Origin: a virus
Taxonomy: Duplodnaviria > Caudoviricetes
Virus record (IMG/VR): IMGVR_UViG_3300022895_000230
Span: 1-39,583 of that record
DNA length: 39,583 bases
Strand: one strand, 5' to 3'
The number at the start of each line of letters is the position of its first letter. Position 1 is the stretch's first letter. Shown here piece after piece: positions 8,657 to 16,540 of this stretch. The translations under genes were made by a program, and so were the position numbers. The notes beneath the pieces were generated by a model. The model was not told the origin of the DNA. It saw nothing but the letters and a program-made list of their open reading frames with translations, and searched no databases.

Positions 8657-8771
8657 CCGCTCGTTGACCCAAGAGCTTTCGCTGGGGGCATGCTGTGAGG
8701 GCGTGCCAGCACTGACGGTTCACTCCGCATTTGATTCCGCTGCAGGAACCGACAACCCGCCAGGAATGCGA

Positions 8772-9062
8772 TCAGGCGGCCTGCTGCTCGGTGACGTTGC
8801 GGTAGGGGTACTTCAGCGGGAACGGCTTGATGTAGCCGCCGAAGTGCTTGCCAATGGAGTCGGCGTTCTTGAACGCCTCGAACTCGGCCGCGCTGAAGTT
8901 CTCGTAGTGGTAGACCGAGCCCGGGCCACGGGCAGCGCCAGTGCCGCGCTTGAAGCAGATGGCCAGGGTGTTGGTGTCGGCGTCGTGGCCGATGCTGTGG
9001 ATCTGCGAGGAATCGACGTCGATCAGCTGGATGCGGCGCGGGGCCGGCGAGGTGTCGGACAT
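8772..9062 (-). CDS. KTSC domain protein
   Basis: VDSSQIHSIGHD....LAICF...VYHY.N....F..F..ADSIGKHF...IK; AGGAG RBS. Confidence 0.9.
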   Translation of the reverse strand: MSDTSPAPRRIQLIDVDSSQIHSIGHDADTNTLAICFKRGTGAARGPGSVYHYENFSAAEFEAFKNADSIGKHFGGYIKPFPLKYPYRNVTEQQAA

Positions 9063-9086
9063 GTTGTGCTCCTGGGCGGAAAGAGG

Positions 9087-9111
9087 TGCCCGTCTTTCCG
9101 GGCTGTCAGCG
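9087..9111 (-). repeat. 25-nt hairpin repeat, copy A (CGCTGACAGCCCGGAAAGACGGGCA)
   Basis: GCCCG-GAAAGA-CGGGC hairpin; paired with copy B. Confidence 0.8.
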
Positions 9112-9144
9112 CTGCGCTACAGGGGAGCGCGCAGGGCAGGGGTA

Positions 9145-9672
9145 TCAGGCAGCAGCCAGGTCTTCTTGCTGCTGGGATTCTTCGTCGGCCTTGCCGGGCT
9201 GGAGGGTCAGGACCACCGACTCGCGGATCAGCGCCTCGGTGAGCTCGGCGACCTCGTCGGGGTCGACATTGGCCGAGGCCTTGAACGTCAGCTCGACGCT
9301 GCCGCCTTCCTTCGGAGCGATCACGAACTTCCTGAGCTTCACGTCGACCAGGAAGATCGGCTGGGTGCCTTCGAGCTCGCCGTCGATCTGGAGCTCGAAG
9401 CCCTTGAATTCATGGCCGACCTTGAGCGGTTCCAAGCTGGGAATCTTGATCTCGGTCAGGTGCTCACCGATGGTCGGCAGCGACTGCTGCTCGCCCGCCT
9501 TGGGCTTGCGGAACAGCGCCTTGCGCAGCTCCTTGTCGAAGTGGTCCAGGACTGTGTTGCCGGTGCTGGTGACGAAGGTGACGTCGACCGCAAGAGAACG
9601 CTCGTCACCGTGCCGCTCGATGCGCACGTTGACGTTTCCGATCACGGCGGGGTTTTTGTCCAGATGGAACAT
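9145..9672 (-). CDS. Phage hypothetical protein
   Basis: MFHLDKNPAV start with GAGG RBS; 175 aa. Confidence 0.8.
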   Translation of the reverse strand: MFHLDKNPAVIGNVNVRIERHGDERSLAVDVTFVTSTGNTVLDHFDKELRKALFRKPKAGEQQSLPTIGEHLTEIKIPSLEPLKVGHEFKGFELQIDGELEGTQPIFLVDVKLRKFVIAPKEGGSVELTFKASANVDPDEVAELTEALIRESVVLTLQPGKADEESQQQEDLAAA

Positions 9673-9710
9673 GGGAACCTCGTAGGTTGGGCCGGCCGCG
9701 CCGGCAGTGG

Positions 9711-9956
9711 TTACTGCAGATCGCAGGGGACGGCCGGAACCGGATCCGCGGCGGTGGCGGTGGAGCGCAGGGCGTGCTCGGCGCGGATCCACTCCAAAGT
9801 CGTGAGGTAGACCAGCCCGGCCAGGACGGCGCGTGCCAGGAACATGCCGGCGTAGCTGTCGGCCATGAAGGCCAGGGCGGCGCCGGCGGCGGCAACGCCG
9901 CAGCAGGTGGCGGCGATGAGGAGAGGCAGAAGGATCAGCGGGCGTTCGCGGCTCAC
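9711..9956 (-). CDS. Small membrane protein
   Basis: GTG start in GTGA overlap; two hydrophobic segments. Confidence 0.6.
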   Translation of the reverse strand: MSRERPLILLPLLIAATCCGVAAAGAALAFMADSYAGMFLARAVLAGLVYLTTLEWIRAEHALRSTATAADPVPAVPCDLQ

Positions 9957-10081
9957 GAGAACACCGCCTGTGCCATCAGCGTCCCTACGATGCCCAACAC
10001 CAGGCCCACAACCGCGCCGTAGAAGGCGAACTCGCGAGACATGCCGGCGGTTTCTGCGGCGATGATTTCTTCGAACTTCAT
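9953..10081 (-). CDS. Small single-TM protein (42 aa, MKFEEIIAAE...)
   Basis: Read from sequence; GGAGG RBS; coupled at both ends; FAFYGAVVGLVLGIVGTLMA. Confidence 0.65.
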   Translation of the reverse strand: MKFEEIIAAETAGMSREFAFYGAVVGLVLGIVGTLMAQAVFS

Positions 10082-10287
10082 GCCGCCTCCGGACCGGTCG
10101 GGGTGGTGAACTCGTCCCTGAACTGCCGGCGCAGGCGCAGCGCGTTGTTGAGGACGGACAGACCCCGATTACCCTCGCGCTGCTCCGCATTGAGGCGGCG
10201 GAACAACGGGGCGGGGCTCAGCCCGGTGTTGGCGATGGCGTCCCGGACAGCGCGGAACTCGCCGATGTGGCGGACGTTTGTGCTCAT
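10078..10287 (-). CDS. Hypothetical protein
   Basis: AAGGAG RBS, ATGA coupling. Confidence 0.75.
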   Translation of the reverse strand: MSTNVRHIGEFRAVRDAIANTGLSPAPLFRRLNAEQREGNRGLSVLNNALRLRRQFRDEFTTPTGPEAA

Positions 10288-10487
10288 GACAGCTCCTTGG
10301 AGGTCGTGATCTGGATGCGACGCAGGCCGGCCAGCAGCTCGTCGCTGACGGTTTCGTCGTTAGTGGAGAAGCGGCAATCGCCCAGTTCCAACTGCTGCAG
10401 GTAGCGACCGGCATTGGTCATCGGCTCCGGCCGTGCAGAGAGCAGGCCGCCGAAGATCGAAAGGAAGGGGTTGAAGTGCGGGGTCAT
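10284..10487 (-). CDS. Hypothetical protein
   Basis: GGAG RBS, ATGA coupling. Confidence 0.7.
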   Translation of the reverse strand: MTPHFNPFLSIFGGLLSARPEPMTNAGRYLQQLELGDCRFSTNDETVSDELLAGLRRIQITTSKELS

Positions 10488-10906
10488 GCCGCGCGCTCCA
10501 GGTCTGCGTTGCCCAGAAGCAGCTCGCTATCGGCATGCGGGTGCTGCGCCCCGAAGGGGTTGACCAAGGCGCGGACGCGGTCGATCTCTTCCTGCCGGGC
10601 GGCGCGGCGCTTCTGCAGCGTGTCCGTGGTCATGCCAGAGCGGTCGCTGCGCGCATCCCGTCCGGTCGGGACGATGTCGACGGCATCCCCGAGCAGCTGT
10701 AACTGGTGCCGGCGGGCAGCTTCCCAAGCCAGCTCGCAGTTGCCGCTGCTGGCCCAGTGAGCGCCGAGGTACGCAACCTCGCAGCCCGGCATGGTCAGGC
10801 CGTGGCTCAGCAGCTGGGCGGCGAGAATGGATGCGAGTTGGCGCTGGAAGCGGATCTCATCGGCTGGGTGGGCCGAGGGGTGGGATTTGGGGGCGGGCTG
10901 GTCCAT
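10484..10906 (-). CDS. Hypothetical protein, first gene of leftward operon
   Basis: GGAG RBS, downstream of pL-like promoter. Confidence 0.7.
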   Translation of the reverse strand: MDQPAPKSHPSAHPADEIRFQRQLASILAAQLLSHGLTMPGCEVAYLGAHWASSGNCELAWEAARRHQLQLLGDAVDIVPTGRDARSDRSGMTTDTLQKRRAARQEEIDRVRALVNPFGAQHPHADSELLLGNADLERAA

Positions 10907-10956
10907 GACGGTCTCCGTCGCCCTCCCTCGGAGTGAGGTTGCTGGGGCGTTGGCGC

Positions 10957-10998
10957 ATTAAACACCCCGTTTAATCCAGAAGTCAACACCATGTTTAA
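10957..10998 (-). promoter_or_regulatory. pL-like promoter with two 17-bp operators
   Basis: TTGACT-18-TTTAAT on minus strand; operators TTAAAC-acccc-GTTTAA (10958-10974) and GTCAAC-accat-GTTTAA (10982-10998). Confidence 0.8.
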
Positions 10999-11007
10999 AC
11001 ATCAGAG

Positions 11008-11043
11008 AAAAAAAACCCCGAGGCCATGTGGGGCGCTCGGGGC
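11008..11043 (-). terminator. Intrinsic terminator of repressor operon
   Basis: CCCCGAG/CTCGGGG stem followed by an 8-T run on minus strand. Confidence 0.85.
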
Positions 11044-11051
11044 TCGTAGAC

Positions 11052-11531
11052 CTAGAAAGTCGGCTCGATGACCGGTGGTGTCTCCACGGAGGTGTAGGAC
11101 AGCCGGTATCTACGAGTGACGCCCGGATCCACATAGATTTCGGTGGAGCGACGACGAGCCAGGTTGGACTTCGTGACGCCGAGCGCGCAGAGACCGCGAC
11201 CGTCAATGCCCGTCACGGTAAGCAGATGACGTCCTGGACGAAGCTGAAAAGAAACAGACTCGGCTGAGTTGAGATGCGCTGCCATCTGCTCATCGACCAT
11301 GACGCCTAGCGCACACCCACTTCCGACCGCACCGACGTCTCTGGTCACGACTACCGTGCCCGTCTCGGTTCCTTGATCTCGGAGCACAAAAACCTGGTCT
11401 GCCGGTGCGGGACGAACTTGGCTCGCGTCCGGTTGCTTCGTAGGCATGAAGCAACCGGCCAATGCAACGGACAGCACACCGGTGGCCGTCCAACGGGTCG
11501 TCCAGCGCGTCAGGTTGTGAATCATCCCCAT
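11052..11531 (-). CDS. Lipoprotein in repressor operon (candidate superinfection exclusion)
   Basis: Signal peptide with lipobox LAGC; GGAGG RBS; exact start (11531 or 11525) uncertain. Confidence 0.8.
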   Translation of the reverse strand: MGMIHNLTRWTTRWTATGVLSVALAGCFMPTKQPDASQVRPAPADQVFVLRDQGTETGTVVVTRDVGAVGSGCALGVMVDEQMAAHLNSAESVSFQLRPGRHLLTVTGIDGRGLCALGVTKSNLARRRSTEIYVDPGVTRRYRLSYTSVETPPVIEPTF

Positions 11532-11905
11532 TCCTCCTGTTCCATTCCTACGTCAATCGATCCTCGGACCAGGCCCGCATCATCGAAGGCAATGCCCTCG
11601 ACCCTGCATTCTCGCCCACGTTCCATCTTGAACAGCAAGGCATCGAGCTCGGCGTCGGTCAGGCATTCGACGATGCCGTGCACGTGGGCCGTCTCCTGCC
11701 TCACCAGCCACATCAGCCAGTACATGCGGCCGAGATCTCTGATCCGTGCGTAGAGCACGTCGCGCTGTAGCGCGTTAAGACCTACTGGCTCGGAGCTGTC
11801 GGGCGTGACGACGGTCAACCTTCTCGGCCGCTTCCCTGTCCGTGCCCCCAAAGCCGAGGCAACGGCTGCCGCCATATCCTTCATCTCACGCTCGCTTACC
11901 GACAT
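11522..11905 (-). CDS. Hypothetical protein in repressor operon
   Basis: AGGAGG RBS, directly after repressor. Confidence 0.8.
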   Translation of the reverse strand: MSVSEREMKDMAAAVASALGARTGKRPRRLTVVTPDSSEPVGLNALQRDVLYARIRDLGRMYWLMWLVRQETAHVHGIVECLTDAELDALLFKMERGRECRVEGIAFDDAGLVRGSIDVGMEQEEWG

Positions 11906-11908
11906 CGT

Positions 11909-12385
11909 TCATCCTCCTGATCGGAACTTGGCGATGACGTTGCGTCCAGCTGCAGCCAGGTCCTTGTCCCCTTCGATCCCCTGCGCCCAGCGCTCCATGA
12001 CCTCCGCCGTGGCGACGTCGATCAGCCTTTCGCGATCTTCATCGGGGATGGGATCAAGGACCATGTCGTTCACATAGTCGATCAACCTCACCGTGGTGGC
12101 GATGATCGTTCGCTGCAGTCCCGCAGGCTGAGACTGACTAGGGCGCTCCCCGCCCACGTACATCGGCAGCGACCCTTCCAAGATCCAAGTGGCGCTGATC
12201 CCCAAGGACTGCTGAGCTTTCGAGGCACCGGCGGCGCTCACGCCGGTCGCCCGGCTCTCCCAGTTCTTCACGGTCTGCGGGGACTGGCCCAGCGAGCGAG
12301 CCAGCTCTGATTGACCGCGAATAGGTGGGTCAAGCCGTTGGGCAGCTTCGTAGAGCCGCTTCATGGAGGGGTGCATGGATGCCAT
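11909..12385 (-). CDS. CI-like HTH repressor without S24 autocleavage domain
   Basis: QSELARSLGQSPQTVKNWE..LGISATWILEG HTH; divergent from cro; start 12385 or 12376. Confidence 0.85.
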   Translation of the reverse strand: MASMHPSMKRLYEAAQRLDPPIRGQSELARSLGQSPQTVKNWESRATGVSAAGASKAQQSLGISATWILEGSLPMYVGGERPSQSQPAGLQRTIIATTVRLIDYVNDMVLDPIPDEDRERLIDVATAEVMERWAQGIEGDKDLAAAGRNVIAKFRSGG

Positions 12386-12390
12386 GCGCC

Positions 12391-12458
12391 ATTGTCCTGC
12401 GACTAAACAGGGTGTTGTTACACGCGGTGTTGACTGGGTATTAAACATGGCGTGTAAT
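12391..12458. promoter_or_regulatory. pR/pRM-like region with three 17-bp operators
   Basis: Operators 12403-12419, 12418-12434, 12441-12457 match the pL sites; pR TTGACT(12430)-17-TGTAAT(12453); pRM-like -10 GACAAT at 12396-12391 (minus). Confidence 0.8.
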
Positions 12459-12464
12459 GCCGCC

Positions 12465-12692
12465 ATGAACGCCAAACCCCCGATCGAAGTGCACCCCGAC
12501 GCCCAGCTGATCGAACAGCTGGGTGGACCGGCCGTTGTGGCTCGCGCGCTCGGCTTCGAAATGCCTGGCGGAGTCCAGCGGGTCCACAACTGGAAGTCGC
12601 GGGGCATTCCCCCTTTGACCCGGATCACCCGGACCGATGTCTTCGGGCCGATGCCAGCGAACGACGTCGGCCACACCGACGCTGCCGCATGA
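12465..12692 (+). CDS. cro: Cro-like regulator
   Basis: LIEQLGGPAVVARALG....VHNWKSRGIP; first gene after pR. Confidence 0.85.
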   Translation: MNAKPPIEVHPDAQLIEQLGGPAVVARALGFEMPGGVQRVHNWKSRGIPPLTRITRTDVFGPMPANDVGHTDAAA

Positions 12693-12845
12693 ACCCAGGT
12701 TCTGCCCCAGCCCAGCCTGCCCGTGCGTGTGGTGACCGCGGGCATTTGGCTGGGGCGGGGCTCCCGTCTTCCCTGACTTGATCTTCTCCATGGCGCACAT
12801 CCTGCGCCGCCGTCGCCACGACGTCTCCAATCGAGAGCTCCGCCC

Positions 12846-13289
12846 ATGAATGTCACCGATGCCGCCTACGACACCGTCCACCAGTACCGAGGTGGCAGTG
12901 AGGCTCTGGCGCCCAGGATGGGCATGTCCGCCGCGACCCTTCGCGGCAAGGTAAATCCCAACACGGACCGCAACCTGCTCAGCCTTCAAGAGGCGGACAC
13001 GCTGATGGGACGCACCGGCGACTTCCGGATCCTGCACGCCCTCTGCGCAGAGCATGGTTTCGTAGCCCAGCGGGTCGACGCACCTGCGAGCGGCACCCTG
13101 ATCACCGCGCTACTCTCTGCGGCTGCCGCCAAGGGCGACCTCGCTGAGCTGATCTCCGAGGCAATGTCCGATAACCGGATCTCGCCGAACGAGGCAGACG
13201 CCATCTCTCGTGCTTGTGCCCAGGTCATGGCGGCCATCGTGCAGGTGAGCCAGCACGCTGAGGCAGCAGCGGAGCGGGGCGGGGTATGA
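12846..13289 (+). CDS. Phage regulatory CII-family protein
   Basis: GGSEALAPRMGMS...LRGKVNP....LSLQEA pattern; position after cro. Confidence 0.8.
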   Translation: MNVTDAAYDTVHQYRGGSEALAPRMGMSAATLRGKVNPNTDRNLLSLQEADTLMGRTGDFRILHALCAEHGFVAQRVDAPASGTLITALLSAAAAKGDLAELISEAMSDNRISPNEADAISRACAQVMAAIVQVSQHAEAAAERGGV

Positions 13290-13570
13290 GCCCAAGTGCC
13301 TTCCACAAGGCCCCGGTTACGGTCCGCTATCCGCGCGGCCGTGCTACAGGATTGGGGTCCCTTCAACGATGGGGACGACCCATGAATGCACGACCTGACA
13401 CCCTCCGGCAGCTGCAGTGCTGCCTGGACGTCATCGCCCGCAGCGAGCCCATGACCGATGCTGACCGCACCGAGCACCAGTGCCGCTGTGCCGACGAGCA
13501 GGCCAGGGCCGAGGCGCGCCGGGCTGGCCGCACGCCTGACTTGCTGGACAGAGCAACGGGGGCAGCATGA
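13286..13570 (+). CDS. Hypothetical protein (start uncertain, possibly 13382)
   Basis: ATGA coupling on both sides. Confidence 0.6.
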   Translation: MSPSAFHKAPVTVRYPRGRATGLGSLQRWGRPMNARPDTLRQLQCCLDVIARSEPMTDADRTEHQCRCADEQARAEARRAGRTPDLLDRATGAA

Positions 13571-14532
13571 GCACCGACGCGCGGCTCAGCACCGGTCTGC
13601 CGGGCCACCCGAAAACAAAGAAGCTGGTGCGCCGACTTGGGCCTGCCGCTGGCTGGTCGCTGGTGTGCCTGATCTTGTGGGCAAGGTCTAGCCGACCCGA
13701 TGGCGACCTCAGCGGCATGACGGCCGAGGACATTGAACTCGCCGCAGACTGGGCGGGCGACAACGATGCGCTCGTGCGCGAATTGGCGTCCGTCGGGTTC
13801 CTCGATGGCACCGAGGGGGCATACCAGCTGCATGACTGGGCCGACCATCAACCGTGGTCGGCCGGTGCTGAGGCGCGGTCAGAGAAGGCGAAGTGGGCGG
13901 CACTGTGCCGTCGCCACGGCCGGCAGGAAGCGGCGCAGCTCATGCCGGAGTACGCGGCAAAGCTGCTACTGGCACAGCCCGAGCACGACAATCGCCTGCC
14001 AGTAGCAGGGGAAAATCTGCCAGTAGCAGGATCTAGCTCTGCCCCGTCTCCGAATCCGTCTCCGTTTCCGTCTCCGAATCCGTCTCCAAAAGAACAAACC
14101 CCCCATACCCCCCCGGCTGCCGCCGGAGCGGTTCCCCCTGGGAAGGACAATGGCACCAGGGCCAGCAGGACGAAGCGCGACAAAATCAGCTTCCCGGCAT
14201 TCATCGATGCCTGCCGGAATGCGGGGGAGCGTGCGATCCGCAACGATGACCCGATCTTCGACTTCGCCGAGGACGCGGGCATTCCCCGTGAGTTCATCGC
14301 GTTGGCATGGCGCGAGTTCGCCATCCGGCACCGAGACAGCGGCAAGCTGCAAAAGGACTGGCGTGCCCATTTCCGCGACGCGGTTCGCCGGAACTGGTTC
14401 AAGCTCTGGTGGTGTCCGAACGAGGGCGGTTGCGAGCTGACCACCAGCGGCGTGCAGGTGAAGCGGGAGCGGGATGCCGAACGCGAGCGCGAGCGCCATG
14501 AACAGCAGGCGCAGCAGGAGCAGGCCGCATGA
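13567..14532 (+). CDS. Replication initiator (lambda O-like role)
   Basis: HPKTKKLVRRLG..LW..DGDL..HDW.DHQP N-terminus, internal iteron-like repeats, directly upstream of DnaB. Confidence 0.85.
   Translation: MSTDARLSTGLPGHPKTKKLVRRLGPAAGWSLVCLILWARSSRPDGDLSGMTAEDIELAADWAGDNDALVRELASVGFLDGTEGAYQLHDWADHQPWSAGAEARSEKAKWAALCRRHGRQEAAQLMPEYAAKLLLAQPEHDNRLPVAGENLPVAGSSSAPSPNPSPFPSPNPSPKEQTPHTPPAAAGAVPPGKDNGTRASRTKRDKISFPAFIDACRNAGERAIRNDDPIFDFAEDAGIPREFIALAWREFAIRHRDSGKLQKDWRAHFRDAVRRNWFKLWWCPNEGGCELTTSGVQVKRERDAERERERHEQQAQQEQAA
13963..14087 (+). repeat. Probable replication origin: iterons plus 12-bp tandem repeat
   Basis: CTGCCAGTAGCAGG at 13996-14009 and 14017-14030, inverted copy 13963-13974; CCGTCTCCGWWT tandem 14044-14087 encoding PSPNPSPFPSPNPSP. 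Confidence 0.7.
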
Positions 14533-16004
14533 GCGCCGATTTCGATTACGCCGACAGCTTCGCCAACGCGCGCCGGCTCCCGCACTCCGTCGACGCCGAG
14601 CAGGCCGTGCTGGGCGGCCTGATGCTGATGCCGACGGCTTGGCCTGACGTCCAGGACCTGTTGGAGGCGGATCAGTTCTACCGCCGCGATCACCAGCTGA
14701 TCTGGATGGCGATTCAGGCCGTGAAGGAGAAGGGCCGTGAACCGGATCCGGTGACCATGGGCGAGTGGTTCGAATCGCAGGGCAAGCTCGACCTGGTGGG
14801 CGACGGCGCGTACCTCGTCGAGCTGGCCACCACCACGCCGTCGGCAGCCAACATCCGGGCCTATGCGGAGATCGTCCGGAACAAGGCGCTGCTGCGGCAG
14901 CTGGTGGAGACGAGCACCGAGATCGCCGACAGCGCCTACGCCGCCAGCGATGACGAAGCGGAAGAGGTCGTAGCCGCTTCGGCAACGAAGTTGGCCGGCC
15001 TCACCGTGAAGTCCAGCGGCAGCGGCGGCCTGATCTACGTGCGCAGCTCCGCGCAGAAGGCCTGGGACGAGATGGAGGCCCGGTTCCATGGTGACGGCAC
15101 GCTCGGCCTGGCACCGAAGTGGAGCAGCGTGCGGCGCAAAATTCCCGGTCTGGAGCCAACGGACCTGATCGTGCTGGCAGCACGCCCCTCGATGGGGAAG
15201 ACGGCGCATGCCCTGAACTGGGCTGCGGACGCTGCCGAGGGTGGCCGCAACGTGGCTGCCTTCAGCCTGGAGATGTCCGCCGCGCAGTGGAGCATGCGCC
15301 TGATGGCGGCACATGCCGGCGTGGACCTGAGTCGCATGCGCGAGAAAGGCGCTCTGACCGATGACGAGTGGGCGCGGCTGTCCAATGCACGGAACTACCT
15401 CCAAACCCTGCCGCTGGCGATCGACGACTGCGGTTCGTTGTCGGTCGACGCGCTGTCGGCCCGCGCCGCGCGCATGCACGCCAAGGTGCCCGGCGGCCTG
15501 GGCCTGATCGTGGTGGACTACCTGCAGCTGCTGTCGGGTAAGGCCAAGTCGGAGAACCGAACGGCGGAGGTGTCCTACATCTCGCGCCAGCTGAAGCGAC
15601 TGGCCAAGGACCTTAACTGCCCGGTGATGGCGTTGTCGCAGCTCAACCGCGGGCTGGAAGCCAGGACGGATAAGCGGCCTGGCATGGCCGACCTGCGCGA
15701 GTCCGGTGCCATCGAGCAGGACGCCGACGTGATCATGTTCCTGTACCGCGACGACTACTACTCGAAGGATGCCTGCGGTGCGCCGGGGATCTCGGAGCTG
15801 ATTGTGGCGAAGAACCGTCAGGGGCAGACCGGCACCTGCTACCTGAGGCACGAGCTGGAATGCAGCAGCTTCCACGACTACACCGGCCCGAAGCCGAACT
15901 ACAGCCTAAAAGGGGCGGCGGCCAACAGCGATGACGACGATTTCGGTGATCCGCTGCCGCGTAGGCGAAGCCGGAAGGATCGCGCCGCAGGAGACGACGC
16001 ATGA
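14529..16004 (+). CDS. dnaB: Replicative DNA helicase
   Basis: AEQAVLGGL, AARPSMGKT, FSLEM, VVDYLQL, LSQLNR, DLRESGAIEQDAD. Confidence 0.97.
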   Translation: MSADFDYADSFANARRLPHSVDAEQAVLGGLMLMPTAWPDVQDLLEADQFYRRDHQLIWMAIQAVKEKGREPDPVTMGEWFESQGKLDLVGDGAYLVELATTTPSAANIRAYAEIVRNKALLRQLVETSTEIADSAYAASDDEAEEVVAASATKLAGLTVKSSGSGGLIYVRSSAQKAWDEMEARFHGDGTLGLAPKWSSVRRKIPGLEPTDLIVLAARPSMGKTAHALNWAADAAEGGRNVAAFSLEMSAAQWSMRLMAAHAGVDLSRMREKGALTDDEWARLSNARNYLQTLPLAIDDCGSLSVDALSARAARMHAKVPGGLGLIVVDYLQLLSGKAKSENRTAEVSYISRQLKRLAKDLNCPVMALSQLNRGLEARTDKRPGMADLRESGAIEQDADVIMFLYRDDYYSKDACGAPGISELIVAKNRQGQTGTCYLRHELECSSFHDYTGPKPNYSLKGAAANSDDDDFGDPLPRRRSRKDRAAGDDA

Positions 16005-16540
16005 CCCTCACCGCTGCAGCGAAGAAGATCCGGGCGAAGCGCGCCCGGCGCCCGATCTACCTGACGGTCAAGAAGCTGGTCGACCCGGACACGGGCGAGA
16101 TGGTCGGCGCGCTGGTGCCGGCGCACGACGTCGACGCGCGCCTGCTGCGCGAGCGGAAGTACCACACGGGGCGCGAGGTCCGCGCGGAGCTGAAGCAGCC
16201 TCGGGAGGGCTGGCAGCACCGGCTGATCCATAAGATCGGTCACCTGGTGGTGGACAACGTAGAGGGGTGGGAGCAGCTGGACGCGCACGACGCGGTGAAA
16301 CGCCTGCAGCGCGAGTCCGGCGTCTGCTGCGAGGAGATCGAGATCGATGTGCCGGGCGTCGGCCGGCTGATGGTCAAGCAGGCCGAGAGCCTGTCGTTCG
16401 ACGAAATGGAGCAGGACCGGTTCCAGGTGCTGTTCGACGGCATCACCCAGCACATCGGCAACCGCTACGCGCATGTCCTGCTGGACGACGTGCGCGCGGA
16501 GTTCTGGCAGATGGCGGGGCACAACAGGAGGGCGGCCTAA
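16001..16540 (+). CDS. DUF1367/NinB-like protein
   Basis: SLSFDEMEQDRF motif; nin-region position. Confidence 0.65.
   Translation: MTLTAAAKKIRAKRARRPIYLTVKKLVDPDTGEMVGALVPAHDVDARLLRERKYHTGREVRAELKQPREGWQHRLIHKIGHLVVDNVEGWEQLDAHDAVKRLQRESGVCCEEIEIDVPGVGRLMVKQAESLSFDEMEQDRFQVLFDGITQHIGNRYAHVLLDDVRAEFWQMAGHNRRAA

Noticed and set aside
12689-12845. Short ORF or tR1-like hairpin after cro
   Set aside because: About 30 codons without a clear RBS; GC-rich complementarity without a U tract; too weak to call.
12386-12856. Long N-terminal extension of the repressor in the ORF track (315 aa)
   Set aside because: Overlaps cro, pR and the operators; the HTH starts after 12385.
14044-14087. Short tandem repeats as a CRISPR array
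   Set aside because: 12-bp units without spacers, in frame within a CDS; no cas genes.
13848-15875. 675-aa minus-strand ORF opposite dnaB
   Set aside because: Antisense shadow of a GC-rich gene; no motifs and no coupled junctions.
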